Shown: positions 29,815 to 39,381, counted from the first letter of the stretch. The stretch: 64,000 bases of DNA from an uncultured Treponema sp. (GCA_938039145.1 CALHVG010000036.1:23251-87250), one strand, 5' to 3'. Numbers and translations: made by a program. Notes: generated from the letters alone by a model not told the origin.

Positions 29815-30498
29815 GTGTTTGTTAAGAATTTAGGAGAGATTGAGGCAATCGCCTTTGATATCGACGGAACTTTGTATTCTTCGTGGAGTTTGACAATTCG
29901 GGCGTTTCCTTATTATTTTAGGCACGGCGTTTTTTTTCTGAAATACGGTTTGGTGCGGAACGAAATGCACAGGATTTTCACAAAATCGGATTTTCGGGAA
30001 ATCCAGGCTGAACTCATGGGGCGCAGGCTAAAGTGCGATGCCGAGGAAGCCGAGCGTCGTCTTGAAAAAGTTGTCTACGATTATCTAAAACGATATTTTC
30101 TTAAGATTCCCTGCTTTCCGGGAGTTCTTGAAGCGTTCGAGGCATTCAAAAAAGCGGGATTCAAATTGGCTCTTCTTTCGGATTTTCCGCCGGAACAGAA
30201 AGGCGAGATCTGGGGCGTAAAAAAATATTGCGACGCAGTTTTGGGAACAGAGGCGATTGGCGTGCTTAAACCCGCTCCGCATTCATTTTTGAGGCTTTCC
30301 GAGATTCTTTGCGTTTCGCCTGAAAAAATCTTGTACGTCGGAAACAGCATAAAATACGATGTGCGGGGAGCCAAAAATGCAGGAATGAAAAGCGCATTCA
30401 TCAGAACCGGATTCAGAAAATTGTTCCATTTAGACGCAAAAGAAGCGGATATTTGCTTTTCAAACTATCGTCAATTAAAAGAGATTGTGCTAGAATAA
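29815..30498 (+). CDS. HAD-superfamily hydrolase (subfamily IA-like)
   Basis: Motif I AFDIDGTLY, plus LLSDFPP and GNSIKYDVRGAKNAGM. GTG start preceded by GGAGA. Confidence 0.8.
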   Translation: MFVKNLGEIEAIAFDIDGTLYSSWSLTIRAFPYYFRHGVFFLKYGLVRNEMHRIFTKSDFREIQAELMGRRLKCDAEEAERRLEKVVYDYLKRYFLKIPCFPGVLEAFEAFKKAGFKLALLSDFPPEQKGEIWGVKKYCDAVLGTEAIGVLKPAPHSFLRLSEILCVSPEKILYVGNSIKYDVRGAKNAGMKSAFIRTGFRKLFHLDAKEADICFSNYRQLKEIVLE

Positions 30499-30558
30499 CC
30501 TGTCTTATACAGACCGAGCTTTTTATTAGAAAAACGCATTTTTGGGTGGGGAATAAAA

Positions 30559-33500
30559 ATGTCCGTTCTTACTATAATAATAGCGGTGGCTGTTGCCACA
30601 GGAATCTCTTATACCTTTCACTTGCTTGACAAGGATAAGAATTCTATGGAAAAGGTCAAAAGGTACGCCGACAAACGTCAGGCCGAATTTGACCAATATT
30701 TTGAAGGTCAAAAAAAATCTCTTCTTGCGGTAAAGACGGATGTCGAGGCGGAACAGATGAGGGCTGTCGCGGCTGTAAAAAGGCTTGAGCAGCAGCTTCA
30801 GGATTTTCAGACGCTTACAGAAAATCTGAAAGAGGATTCCGATTCCGTTCACTCGATTGAAGAAAAACTTCAGAATTACGATAAAGTTTTGGACGAACTT
30901 GTGCAGATGACGCTGAAGGTCGAAGAAAATCTTTCGAATGTTAAAAAAGAGTCCGTCATCGTTGAAGATTTGAATTCCAGAATCCTTGAGCAGAAAAAAA
31001 GTGTCGATTCAATCGAAAAGCGCATTCCGCAGATTTCGTCGGATTTTTCAAAACTGAATGCCGAGCAGTTAAAGGCGATTGGCGGTCGGCTTCTTGAAGA
31101 ATACGATGACAGAGGAAACAAAATAAAAACCGAACTCGACGGGCTTGTTCTTGAAGGAAAAAAAGTTCTTTCCGACATAACGCAAAGCATCGATTCCGCT
31201 TACGAAGACGCTTCTTCAAAGGCGGAAACTTTGGAAACTGAGGCGTTCAATCATCTTAGCGAGCAGGCAAAGCAGAGGGCGGATGCGTACATCAAGGAAT
31301 TGGACGCACAGAAATCCGAATTGGAAGCGAATTTGGAAAATCAGGTGAAAAATATGGAACGCCTGATAGTCGAGAGTGCCGCCTCTTCAAAAGATGCCGT
31401 TTCGCAAAAAATTGCGGCTCTTGAGACCGGCGTTTCTGCAAAGCTTTCCGATTTGAATCAGAAGTTCGAGCAGGTGTACAAGGAACTCGGCGAAAAACTG
31501 AAGGTAAAATCGGATTCAATCGCTCGCGGGATGGACGAAAAATCTGCTGTCCTTCAGGCAAAATATGCCGGTCTTCTTGAAAACGTAAACGCAAAAGCCG
31601 AAAAGCGCATTCTTGAACTGCAGGAAAAAATCGCTTCCGCTCATGAAAAGTACGATGCACAGCTAAAAGGCGTTGATTCCAAGAACGACGGAAGGTTCGA
31701 GGCGCTTCGATTGAAGATAGACGATGCGGACAAAAAACTGAAGGCTTTGTGCGATGTTTCAATACAAAAATCGGACGGAAGTATAAAAGACATTCAGGAA
31801 AAAATCGCTGTGGCATTTGAAAAATGCAAGGCACAGGTTATCGAACTGAACGAAAAATACAAGGAGTCCGTGGGAAAAATAAATTCGGGCTATGAGGCAA
31901 AACTCAACGAGATGAACCAGAAGAACGGCGAAAAAATGGCGCAGTTCCTGAAAAGCATCGAGGCAAACGAAGACGGCGTAAAAAAATCCATAGACGAATT
32001 GAAGGCAAAGAACGAGCAGCGGTTGCTTGAAATTAACAAGTCGGTTGAAGAGACGGATTCTACGCTTTTGGCGCATCTTTCCGACCTTGAAGGAAAATAC
32101 AACGAGGTGTACGGCCGGCTTGACTCAAAAGTGAACGAAATCTACGACGACCATGAAAACAAGTACATGGCAAAAATCGAGCTGTTCTCCAAAGATTATG
32201 ACGCCCGGTTTGAGGAACTGGCTCAAAAATATTCCGCCGCCACGGAAAGCCTTTCCGACCAGATTTCTGCCGTGGAAAGACTTTACAGCCAAAAGGAAGG
32301 TGGAATCAATTCCGAGATAACCCAAAAAATCGAGGAACTCGGAAAGGTGTATAACGAGCGGATAGAAAATCTGAAGAAAAGTCTTGCAGATTCTTTTTCC
32401 GAGGCGAAGGAGCGGACTGATTTACTCAGCAACGCTACGGTCGAATCCAATGGAAAAATTGCGGCTCTCGAAGTCGATTTGGACGAAAAGATGCAGTTCG
32501 TCAGGCAGAAATATACGGGTCTTTTTGAGGATGCCTTGAGGAAGGCGCAGAAAGAGGAAGATGAAGCCTACGAGAAATTGAGCGCCGAAGCCCGGAATAA
32601 TATCGAAAAATTTTCTTCTTCAATGGATTCAAAAATATCCGAATTGAAAGGCGAACTTGACGGAACGCTTGCCGTCATATCAGGCTCGCTGAAGAGCGCA
32701 ATCGACGAGACGGAAGGCAGGGTTTCCAGAATCGAAGCAAAATGCGATTTGTCGATGGAAAAAATTTCTCTTGTCGAACCTGAACTGAACGAGAAAATCC
32801 GTTCGATAAGCGAGGAAATGCAAAAATTTAGGGAAGAGGCGAACAATAAAATCATTCAGATAAACGGAATGCTTGACGATTCTTCCGAAAAAATCCGCAG
32901 GGCTTGCGATGAGCATGAAATCGAGGCGTTGAAGGACGTTGACCTGAAAGTCCGCACAATAAATTCCAATATAGAAAAATTTCAGGTGGTTGCGGAAAAC
33001 AAAATCTCTGCCTTGAGCGAAAGCATAAAATCTTCTACAGAAAAATTGCAAGGTTTTGTTGAGGATACGGCAAAGAACATAAAATTCGCCTGCGAAAAAC
33101 AGGAAACAAATGCGCTGAATGACGTGAGCCAAAAACTTTCCGCATACAAAAAGGATATTGAATACAAGTTGAGCAGGCTTGAGGTTTCCGGAATTGATGT
33201 GGATCGCCTTGAAAATAATCTAAAAGCCGCGATGGAAGCCGTCTCGAAGCGAGTGCTAGGCGATTTTGATTCGTTTACTTCGCTTCAGCAGAAGCATCAG
33301 GCGGAATTTGCCGCTTCATTCGAGGCGGATTCGCAGAAAATCGGTGCGGAACTTCAGGCGTTGGAAGCAAAAATCGACGGACTGAAGGATTTTTCGCTTG
33401 GCAACATGACGCAAAAACTCCGTGGCTTTGAGGAAGAGTTCGCAAAAAATCTCAAGATGCACGAAGATAAGATAAACGAGGATTTTTCAAATTGGAAAAC

Positions 33501-35352
33501 CGATTTGGACGGAAAGGTAACGGCGTTTATCGGGCATTATGAAGACCAGCGAAAATCCCTTGAGGAAAGTTACACCGACGGGCTGAAGCAGAAACTTGCC
33601 CAGCTTGTCGTAAAAAACGAGGAGCAGACTGCCCGTGTAAACGAAGAAATTGATTCAACAAGGGAAAATGCTCTTTCTCAGATTGAAGAAGTCAAGAAAT
33701 TGGTGCAGTCTTTTGCAGGCGAAATCCAGTCTAAAATCGAAAGGACTAACGAATCTGCTTCGGAATATATAAAAAGCACCACCGACAGGACGGAGCGGAC
33801 AATGCTTTCGGAACTGGAAAAAATAAAGAAAACTTTGCTTGATGACATGGAATCGTTCCGTGAAAGCGTGAAAAATTCGCAGGAGACAGGGACGTCTTCA
33901 ATCAGTGCGGCATTGGGCGAGTTCAATACGTGGAAACTTCAGCTGAATCATCAATTGGACGAGACGAAGCGGCTTTATTCTTCGGAACTCGACGGCTTGA
34001 GACAGCAGACCGTTCAGAAGGTAAAAGATGCCCAGGATTTCATCGACAACGAATATCGGCAGTTGATTGACAGTTCCACAAGGAAGGCGGAGAACGCTTC
34101 CGGCGAACTTGAACGAAAAATTTTGGACTTTTCCCGTGAGTATCGAGAAAAGCAGGAGACGCTTGCCCATAAAATCGAGGAACTTGACGGAAAGGCAAGC
34201 GATTCTGTACGGACTTATGAGGAGCGTTCTAAAGAAATCATCGAGCAGTTGCAAAGTATGTATTCCCAAATGCTTCAGGATACGGAAGACAGAGTTCGAG
34301 AGCAAAATGCGGATTCCGCGCGTAAACTTCAGGAACTCAGAGCTTCGATTCAGGCTGCATCCGAGCAAAATAGGAACGAACAAGGTGCGCTTGTTATGAA
34401 AATGCAGGAAGATTCCAATGCAATGCAGAGCCAGATGAGCGAACTTTTAAAAGAACTTCAGAACGTGAAAAACCAGATGAGCGTATACGAAAAAGCTGAT
34501 TCCATGAAAAGGCAGCTTGATGAAAAGATTTCGGGGCTTGAAGATGATTTTGAGCGGCTTGAATCTTTCAGGGCAACGGCTTTGAATCTTACTGCGCAGT
34601 ACAACCAAATCTGCAAAATGAAAGAATCCGTTGAATCTCAGATGGCGAATTTTGAGGCGGAAAAACAAAAAATCGATTCAATCGGGCAGCGATACGAAAG
34701 CATGATAAAACTTTCCGCTACAATTGATGAAAAAATCCGCGGCTTGAACACGACGTATGACGAACTTCAGAATATGGAAGTCCGTGTAAGATATTTCCAG
34801 GAAAATCTTGCAAGTCTTTCGGGGCGTTACGACAGGCTTGAGCAGAAAAACGATGTCATAGACCGTGTTCTAAAGGACGTTGACCAAAGTTTTGAAAATC
34901 TGAAAGAACTTGAGTCCAGACTGAAAAACTGTTCGATTCAGACAGAAAATCTGCCGCTTGCAATAAAAGACATTCAGCACGATGTCGATGAACTTTTGAG
35001 AAACGGCCCCAAAATCACGGAGGCTACGGGAAGACTTTCCACATTGTACCAGCTCATAGGTGATTCTCAAAAGCGGCTTGACGACATAAATTCCGCCCGT
35101 AACGGAATCGGAAGAACGGAACAGCGACTTCACGAACTTTCTGCCGAAATTGATTCAAAATTCAAGATTTTGGAAAAACTTGTAAGGACGGACTTGGAAA
35201 AAGAACCCCGACAGATGAGTTCTCGACTTACACCGGAAGATAGGGACAGCATAAAGAGGCTGAAGCACCAAGGCTGGACTACGGTGGAAATCGCTGCGGC
35301 AACAAAGCGAAGTGTAGCCGAAGTTGAAATGGTTTTGGATTTCCCGGAGTAG
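30559..35352 (+). CDS. Giant membrane-anchored coiled-coil protein (1597 aa) with a C-terminal HTH-like module
   Basis: N-terminal TM segment (VLTIIIAVAVATGISYTF). About 1500 aa of heptad-like E/K/L/Q-rich sequence with internal repeats. The C-terminus reads LTPEDRDSIKRLKHQGWTTVEIAAATKRSVAEVEMVL. Confidence 0.75.
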   Translation: MSVLTIIIAVAVATGISYTFHLLDKDKNSMEKVKRYADKRQAEFDQYFEGQKKSLLAVKTDVEAEQMRAVAAVKRLEQQLQDFQTLTENLKEDSDSVHSIEEKLQNYDKVLDELVQMTLKVEENLSNVKKESVIVEDLNSRILEQKKSVDSIEKRIPQISSDFSKLNAEQLKAIGGRLLEEYDDRGNKIKTELDGLVLEGKKVLSDITQSIDSAYEDASSKAETLETEAFNHLSEQAKQRADAYIKELDAQKSELEANLENQVKNMERLIVESAASSKDAVSQKIAALETGVSAKLSDLNQKFEQVYKELGEKLKVKSDSIARGMDEKSAVLQAKYAGLLENVNAKAEKRILELQEKIASAHEKYDAQLKGVDSKNDGRFEALRLKIDDADKKLKALCDVSIQKSDGSIKDIQEKIAVAFEKCKAQVIELNEKYKESVGKINSGYEAKLNEMNQKNGEKMAQFLKSIEANEDGVKKSIDELKAKNEQRLLEINKSVEETDSTLLAHLSDLEGKYNEVYGRLDSKVNEIYDDHENKYMAKIELFSKDYDARFEELAQKYSAATESLSDQISAVERLYSQKEGGINSEITQKIEELGKVYNERIENLKKSLADSFSEAKERTDLLSNATVESNGKIAALEVDLDEKMQFVRQKYTGLFEDALRKAQKEEDEAYEKLSAEARNNIEKFSSSMDSKISELKGELDGTLAVISGSLKSAIDETEGRVSRIEAKCDLSMEKISLVEPELNEKIRSISEEMQKFREEANNKIIQINGMLDDSSEKIRRACDEHEIEALKDVDLKVRTINSNIEKFQVVAENKISALSESIKSSTEKLQGFVEDTAKNIKFACEKQETNALNDVSQKLSAYKKDIEYKLSRLEVSGIDVDRLENNLKAAMEAVSKRVLGDFDSFTSLQQKHQAEFAASFEADSQKIGAELQALEAKIDGLKDFSLGNMTQKLRGFEEEFAKNLKMHEDKINEDFSNWKTDLDGKVTAFIGHYEDQRKSLEESYTDGLKQKLAQLVVKNEEQTARVNEEIDSTRENALSQIEEVKKLVQSFAGEIQSKIERTNESASEYIKSTTDRTERTMLSELEKIKKTLLDDMESFRESVKNSQETGTSSISAALGEFNTWKLQLNHQLDETKRLYSSELDGLRQQTVQKVKDAQDFIDNEYRQLIDSSTRKAENASGELERKILDFSREYREKQETLAHKIEELDGKASDSVRTYEERSKEIIEQLQSMYSQMLQDTEDRVREQNADSARKLQELRASIQAASEQNRNEQGALVMKMQEDSNAMQSQMSELLKELQNVKNQMSVYEKADSMKRQLDEKISGLEDDFERLESFRATALNLTAQYNQICKMKESVESQMANFEAEKQKIDSIGQRYESMIKLSATIDEKIRGLNTTYDELQNMEVRVRYFQENLASLSGRYDRLEQKNDVIDRVLKDVDQSFENLKELESRLKNCSIQTENLPLAIKDIQHDVDELLRNGPKITEATGRLSTLYQLIGDSQKRLDDINSARNGIGRTEQRLHELSAEIDSKFKILEKLVRTDLEKEPRQMSSRLTPEDRDSIKRLKHQGWTTVEIAAATKRSVAEVEMVLDFPE

Positions 35353-35364
35353 TTTCCGAGGTTT

Positions 35365-36954
35365 TCAGTCATCCGAAAAATCCATGAAAGTTGAAAGAGA
35401 TTTTCGCATTGATATGGCTTCTTTTACGTCCTCAACGCCGATGTTTTCCCGCCCTTCCATATCTGCGATTGTGCGGGAAAGTTTAAGGCAGCTTGAAATT
35501 GCCCGCGGCGAAAATCCGTAGCGCAAACTTGCGCTGTCAAGTACGCTTTTTGATTCTTCATCAAGTTTGCAGAATTCCGCAATTTCAGACGGTACCAGCT
35601 GTGCGTTTTTCTTTCCCTGCCGTTTGCGCTGAGCTTTTGTCGCCCTTGCGATTCCTTTTCTAAGTTCGTCGGTGGAAAAAACTTTCTGTTCGCTCGGCTT
35701 TTCTTCGATTCCGGCGTTTTCGTTTTCTGCATGAACTCTTATATCGATTCTGTCCAAAAGCGGAGCGGAAAATTTTTTCCAGTAAAGTTCTACCGCCCTT
35801 GGGGAACATAGGCAGATTTTTGTTTTTGAACCGAAATTTCCGCACGGACACGGATTTGCCGCCATCAAAAGCTGAAAATTTGCAGGAAAAATGCTGGAAC
35901 GCCCCGCCCGTACCAAAGTTATTTTTCCGGTCTCAAGAGGAACCCTAAGCATTTGCAAAACGCTTGTCTTGAATTCCGCAGCTTCGTCCAAAAAAAGAAC
36001 TCCGTTGTGGGCAAGCGAGATTTCTCCGGGGCGGCAGTAAGGGCCTCCTCCGCATATGCCTTCGGTGCTTGCCGTTTGATGCGGAGTTCTGAACGGAGGG
36101 ATACGCACAAGAGATTCTTCCGGCGGTAAAAGACCGGCAAGAGAAAGTATTCGTGTTACGCTTTGCCCTTCTTCCTTTGTTAAAAGCGGCAGCAGAGCCG
36201 GAAACCTTTGTATGGAAAGTGTTTTTCCGCAGCCGGCTTCTCCTACTGCAATCAGATTGTGCCCGCCCGCCGCCGCCACCTGGAGCGAGCGGATAAGCCG
36301 CGCCTGTCCTTTTATTTCGGAAAATTCGAAGCCGGGTAAAACTTTCGGAAACAGAACGCCTTCCACTGATTCTACGTTTTCAAGATTTTTTTCGTAGGCG
36401 GAATTATTTTTCCGTTCAGTGAAATTTTCGTTGTTATCAAGAGCGATGAATGCTTCTTCCAGCGTATCCGCACCGAAAACCTTCATTCCCTGAACTTCCC
36501 TTGCTTCTTCCGCATTTGCAGCAGGAACGATGCATTTTAATATTCCTGCACTTGCGGCTGTAGAAACCGCAGAAAAAACTCCCTTTACGTGCCGAACTTT
36601 TCCGGAAAGCTCAAGTTCCCCAAGCACAAGAATGTCTTCCTCATCGATTAGGGGAGAAGCGTTTTCTTCTGTGCCGATTTTATTTTTTGCACACAAAACG
36701 GCGAGCGCAATCGGAAGGTCAAATCCCGCTCCTTCTTTTTTAAGGTCGGCAGGCGAAAGACTTATAAGCACCCGTTCAAGCGGAAATTCCAGTCCCGAAT
36801 TCCTGATTGCAGCCTGCATCCGTTCCCTGGATTCCTTTACTGTTCCGTCCGCAAGTCCGACTATGTCCACGGTAGGAATTCCACGCCTTAAATCGACTTC
36901 GACGGGGACGAGCGAACCTTCATATCCGAAGGGTGAAAAAGAATAAATATGCAT
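35365..36954 (-). CDS. comM: YifB/ComM-family Mg-chelatase-like ATPase
   Basis: N-terminal Lon-like domain, Walker A GEAGCGKT, Walker B VLFLDEAAEF, and a C-terminal ChlI-like region. Confidence 0.9.
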   Translation of the reverse strand: MHIYSFSPFGYEGSLVPVEVDLRRGIPTVDIVGLADGTVKESRERMQAAIRNSGLEFPLERVLISLSPADLKKEGAGFDLPIALAVLCAKNKIGTEENASPLIDEEDILVLGELELSGKVRHVKGVFSAVSTAASAGILKCIVPAANAEEAREVQGMKVFGADTLEEAFIALDNNENFTERKNNSAYEKNLENVESVEGVLFPKVLPGFEFSEIKGQARLIRSLQVAAAGGHNLIAVGEAGCGKTLSIQRFPALLPLLTKEEGQSVTRILSLAGLLPPEESLVRIPPFRTPHQTASTEGICGGGPYCRPGEISLAHNGVLFLDEAAEFKTSVLQMLRVPLETGKITLVRAGRSSIFPANFQLLMAANPCPCGNFGSKTKICLCSPRAVELYWKKFSAPLLDRIDIRVHAENENAGIEEKPSEQKVFSTDELRKGIARATKAQRKRQGKKNAQLVPSEIAEFCKLDEESKSVLDSASLRYGFSPRAISSCLKLSRTIADMEGRENIGVEDVKEAISMRKSLSTFMDFSDD

Positions 36955-37045
36955 CGTAACCTCTTTTGAATTTATAGTAGAACGATGAAAAAAACTGAAA
37001 TCATTTTTGTTTTATTTTTATGTCGGACTTGATATTCCGCAATCG

Positions 37046-37073
37046 AAAAAAGGCGGTTTATTTTGCAACCGCC
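37046..37073 (-). terminator. Rho-independent terminator (minus strand)
   Basis: On the minus strand: ggcggtt-gcaaaata-aaccgcc followed by TTTTT. Confidence 0.55.
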
Positions 37074-37103
37074 GAATATGAACTGTGATTTTTCGCTGAA
37101 AAT

Positions 37104-37144
37104 AGCAGGTTTCGTGTAAAATTTTATCCCGGCGTAAAGTGCCG
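37104..37144. repeat. 41-bp direct repeat, left copy
   Basis: agcaggtttcgtgtaaaattttatcccggcgtaaagtgccg, identical to 37885-37925. Confidence 0.95.
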
Positions 37145-37214
37145 TCAATCCGGAAAGATCTAAAACCGCAAACGGCTTGAACCTTTGTCGATTTGAAAAC
37201 GGTGTTATGTGAAA

Positions 37215-37502
37215 TTAGATCTGCATTAAAGCCGAGTAATTCAAATGATTTTCTCTTGCGAAAGAAATAAAATCTTTTTCTTCTTGTGTTACTCGAATTT
37301 GAAATTTCAAAGGATGGCTAAACTTTAGTTTTCGACCAGCATTTTCTCTTGCGCCGCCATGTCCAAATTCTTTTACATAATTTGCAAGACCTGATTTTTT
37401 TAAGTATTCCTTTTCAGAAATAATTTTTTCATCAGGAGAAAGTTCTGCTTCCAATTTCTTAAAAACATAACCCTCCGAATCTTTCACATATACATATCCC
37501 AT
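37215..37502 (-). CDS. Putative antitoxin (atypical; RHH-like C-terminus)
   Basis: Lies 2 nt downstream of the toxin stop, with an AAGGAG RBS. Motif GGARENAGRK is followed by FQIRVTQEEKDFISFARENHLNYS, which resembles a ribbon-helix-helix. Confidence 0.5.
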   Translation of the reverse strand: MGYVYVKDSEGYVFKKLEAELSPDEKIISEKEYLKKSGLANYVKEFGHGGARENAGRKLKFSHPLKFQIRVTQEEKDFISFARENHLNYSALMQI

Positions 37503-37504
37503 AA

Positions 37505-37801
37505 TCAGATCTCCTTCAAGCGCTTCTCAGCAAGTTTTATAGTTTCTTTTGGAGTTTTCTGTGTCTTCTTTACAAAAATAACTCCTATTACAATAATTTT
37601 TCCTTCTTTATATTTAAATAAAGACCTAAGTTCATTTGATTTTATTTCAAAAATCTTTTTCTGAAGATGCTTTACTTTTACAAACTCAATTCCCTGTTGT
37701 TCAATTTTTTCATATTCTATTTTTAGTAAATCTTTTTGCGATTGTTCCAAAGATGATATTTCCGATTCAGCAACAGGAAGTTTTTCCACCTTAAACTTCA
37801 C
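37505..37801 (-). CDS. RelE/ParE-superfamily toxin, phage Gp49/HigB-like
   Basis: IFEIKS..LRSLFKY..KIIVIGVIFVKKTQKTPKETIKLAEKRLKE, close to the family pattern hhhLHgFiKKTQKTPkkEIelA. GTG start. Confidence 0.72.
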   Translation of the reverse strand: MKFKVEKLPVAESEISSLEQSQKDLLKIEYEKIEQQGIEFVKVKHLQKKIFEIKSNELRSLFKYKEGKIIVIGVIFVKKTQKTPKETIKLAEKRLKEI

Positions 37802-37807
37802 GAGTTA

Positions 37808-37835
37808 AATATATCATTTACCTTGATTTTGTCAA
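37808..37835 (-). promoter_or_regulatory. Putative sigma-70-type promoter of the TA operon
   Basis: On the minus strand: TTGACA, 16-nt spacer, TATATT. The -10 ends only 6 nt before GTG 37801, so the transcript would be leaderless or nearly so. Confidence 0.45.
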
Positions 37836-37884
37836 CATTTTCAAAATGCGCAAGAAATCTGCAAGTCTTGTAACTTTTTGAAAA

Positions 37885-37925
37885 AGCAGGTTTCGTGTAA
37901 AATTTTATCCCGGCGTAAAGTGCCG
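37885..37925. repeat. 41-bp direct repeat, right copy
   Basis: Identical to 37104-37144. Only this copy completes the hairpin tatcccggc-gtaaagt-gccgggata (37906-37930). Confidence 0.95.
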
Positions 37926-37930
37926 GGATA
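37906..37930 (-). terminator. Hairpin just downstream of the NSS transporter stop
   Basis: Perfect 9-bp stem with a 7-nt loop. The U-tract on the minus strand is weak (AAAATTTT). Confidence 0.4.
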
Positions 37931-37980
37931 TTAAAGTCTCCTTGCGAAAAAATCCGCAGGGGCAGTTATTTTGAATTCGG

Positions 37981-39381
37981 TTAGAATCCGCCGACAAAGA
38001 ATCCTGCGATGCATATTAACGCTGCAAGGGGAACATAAAGCCATCTTCCCAAATTATTCCAGAGGCTTCCCGCTTTACGAGATGCGCCTAAATTAACGGC
38101 ATTCAGAATGTCGTCTTTTTTCATAATCCAGAACCATGAAAATCCGCCTAAAACTGCGCCGATAGGAATTATATAGATTGAAACAATATCCATCCATGTT
38201 CCCCATTGGTAAATCGCTTCCATGTTCACGCCTATGCCGAAGCACAAAACGGCAAGCAAGGCAAGCATCGCATTGCGCTTTAAGCGCGGGAAACGATGCA
38301 TAAGAGATTCTCCTACGGCTTCAAACATATTCTGCAATGAACTCACTCCGCCGAAAACGACCGCGACAAACAAGATTACGGCAAATATGCGTCCGAACCT
38401 GATTGTTTTTAAGATTTCGGGCAGCGTAACGAATAAAAGTCCCGGTCCTCGGTTTATCACGGAGTGAAGCGGAAGTCCGGCTGCTTTTGCGGCGGCAATT
38501 TCTGCGGCGTTGAACGAAAAACTTGCGGGAATGATTACAAGAGCCGCGACCAAAGCGGCTATCGTATCGAATATTGCCGTACTGACAGCTCCGCTTATAA
38601 CGTCTTCGTCGTCGGAAAGATAGGCACCGTAAACAATCATTCCGCTGCCGGTTATCGACAGTGAAAAGAATGCTTGCCCCATCGCCCAAATCCATGTCGC
38701 CGGCTTTAGAAGGTATTCCCACTGCGGTATAAACATATATTTATATCCTTCCGCTGCACCGGGCAAAAAAGCTACTCTAACGGCAAGGATTACGAAAAGT
38801 ATGAAAAAAAGCGGCATCATTATTTTATTTGTCTTTTCTATACTTTTTGCGCCGAGTATCAAAGTAAGGAGAGTACCTATCACTATCGCAGCATGAAACC
38901 ACACAAGAGAATACGGTTTGAAGGCAACTTCCCCGAACCATTTTTCCGAGCCGGTTTTGACAACCGTTTTGCCTGCTTCAATAATTTCTTCCGCCGCATA
39001 GGAATTAAAAAGACTTCCTGTAAGCGATGAAGTAAAACCTCGCAAAACCATTGCGATTATGACCGCATAACCGAATGCGATACAAAGCGAACCCGCAAGC
39101 GGAAGCCAGCCTATCGCCTTGCCGGCTTTTTCTATTCCGCGGCTTTTCCAAACCATAGTGTATGCGCCCAAAGTTCCGGTGCGGGCTTTTCTTCCCACCG
39201 CATATTCTGCAGAAAGTCCTACAAAGCTGAACAACACGACAAAACACAGATATGCAATCAAAAAAGCTCCGCCGCCGTTTGCAGCCATTCTATACGGGAA
39301 ACCCCATACATTAGCCATTCCGACCGCAGAACCCACACAAGCAAGGATAAATCCCCATTTGCTGTTAAATTGTTTTGACAT
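37981..39381 (-). CDS. Sodium-dependent transporter, NSS (neurotransmitter:sodium symporter) family
   Basis: WGFILACVGSAVGMANVWGFPY. About 11-12 TM segments. AGGAGG RBS. Confidence 0.9.
   Translation of the reverse strand: MSKQFNSKWGFILACVGSAVGMANVWGFPYRMAANGGGAFLIAYLCFVVLFSFVGLSAEYAVGRKARTGTLGAYTMVWKSRGIEKAGKAIGWLPLAGSLCIAFGYAVIIAMVLRGFTSSLTGSLFNSYAAEEIIEAGKTVVKTGSEKWFGEVAFKPYSLVWFHAAIVIGTLLTLILGAKSIEKTNKIMMPLFFILFVILAVRVAFLPGAAEGYKYMFIPQWEYLLKPATWIWAMGQAFFSLSITGSGMIVYGAYLSDDEDVISGAVSTAIFDTIAALVAALVIIPASFSFNAAEIAAAKAAGLPLHSVINRGPGLLFVTLPEILKTIRFGRIFAVILFVAVVFGGVSSLQNMFEAVGESLMHRFPRLKRNAMLALLAVLCFGIGVNMEAIYQWGTWMDIVSIYIIPIGAVLGGFSWFWIMKKDDILNAVNLGASRKAGSLWNNLGRWLYVPLAALICIAGFFVGGF

Larger units (their letters stand above)
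37104..37925 (-). mobile_element. AT-rich toxin-antitoxin cassette bounded by 41-bp direct repeats; no recombinase
   Basis: Perfect direct repeats flank about 740 bp of very AT-rich DNA (hand count: 12 G+C in 37561-37620). The cassette carries two small genes and its own promoter. Confidence 0.4.
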
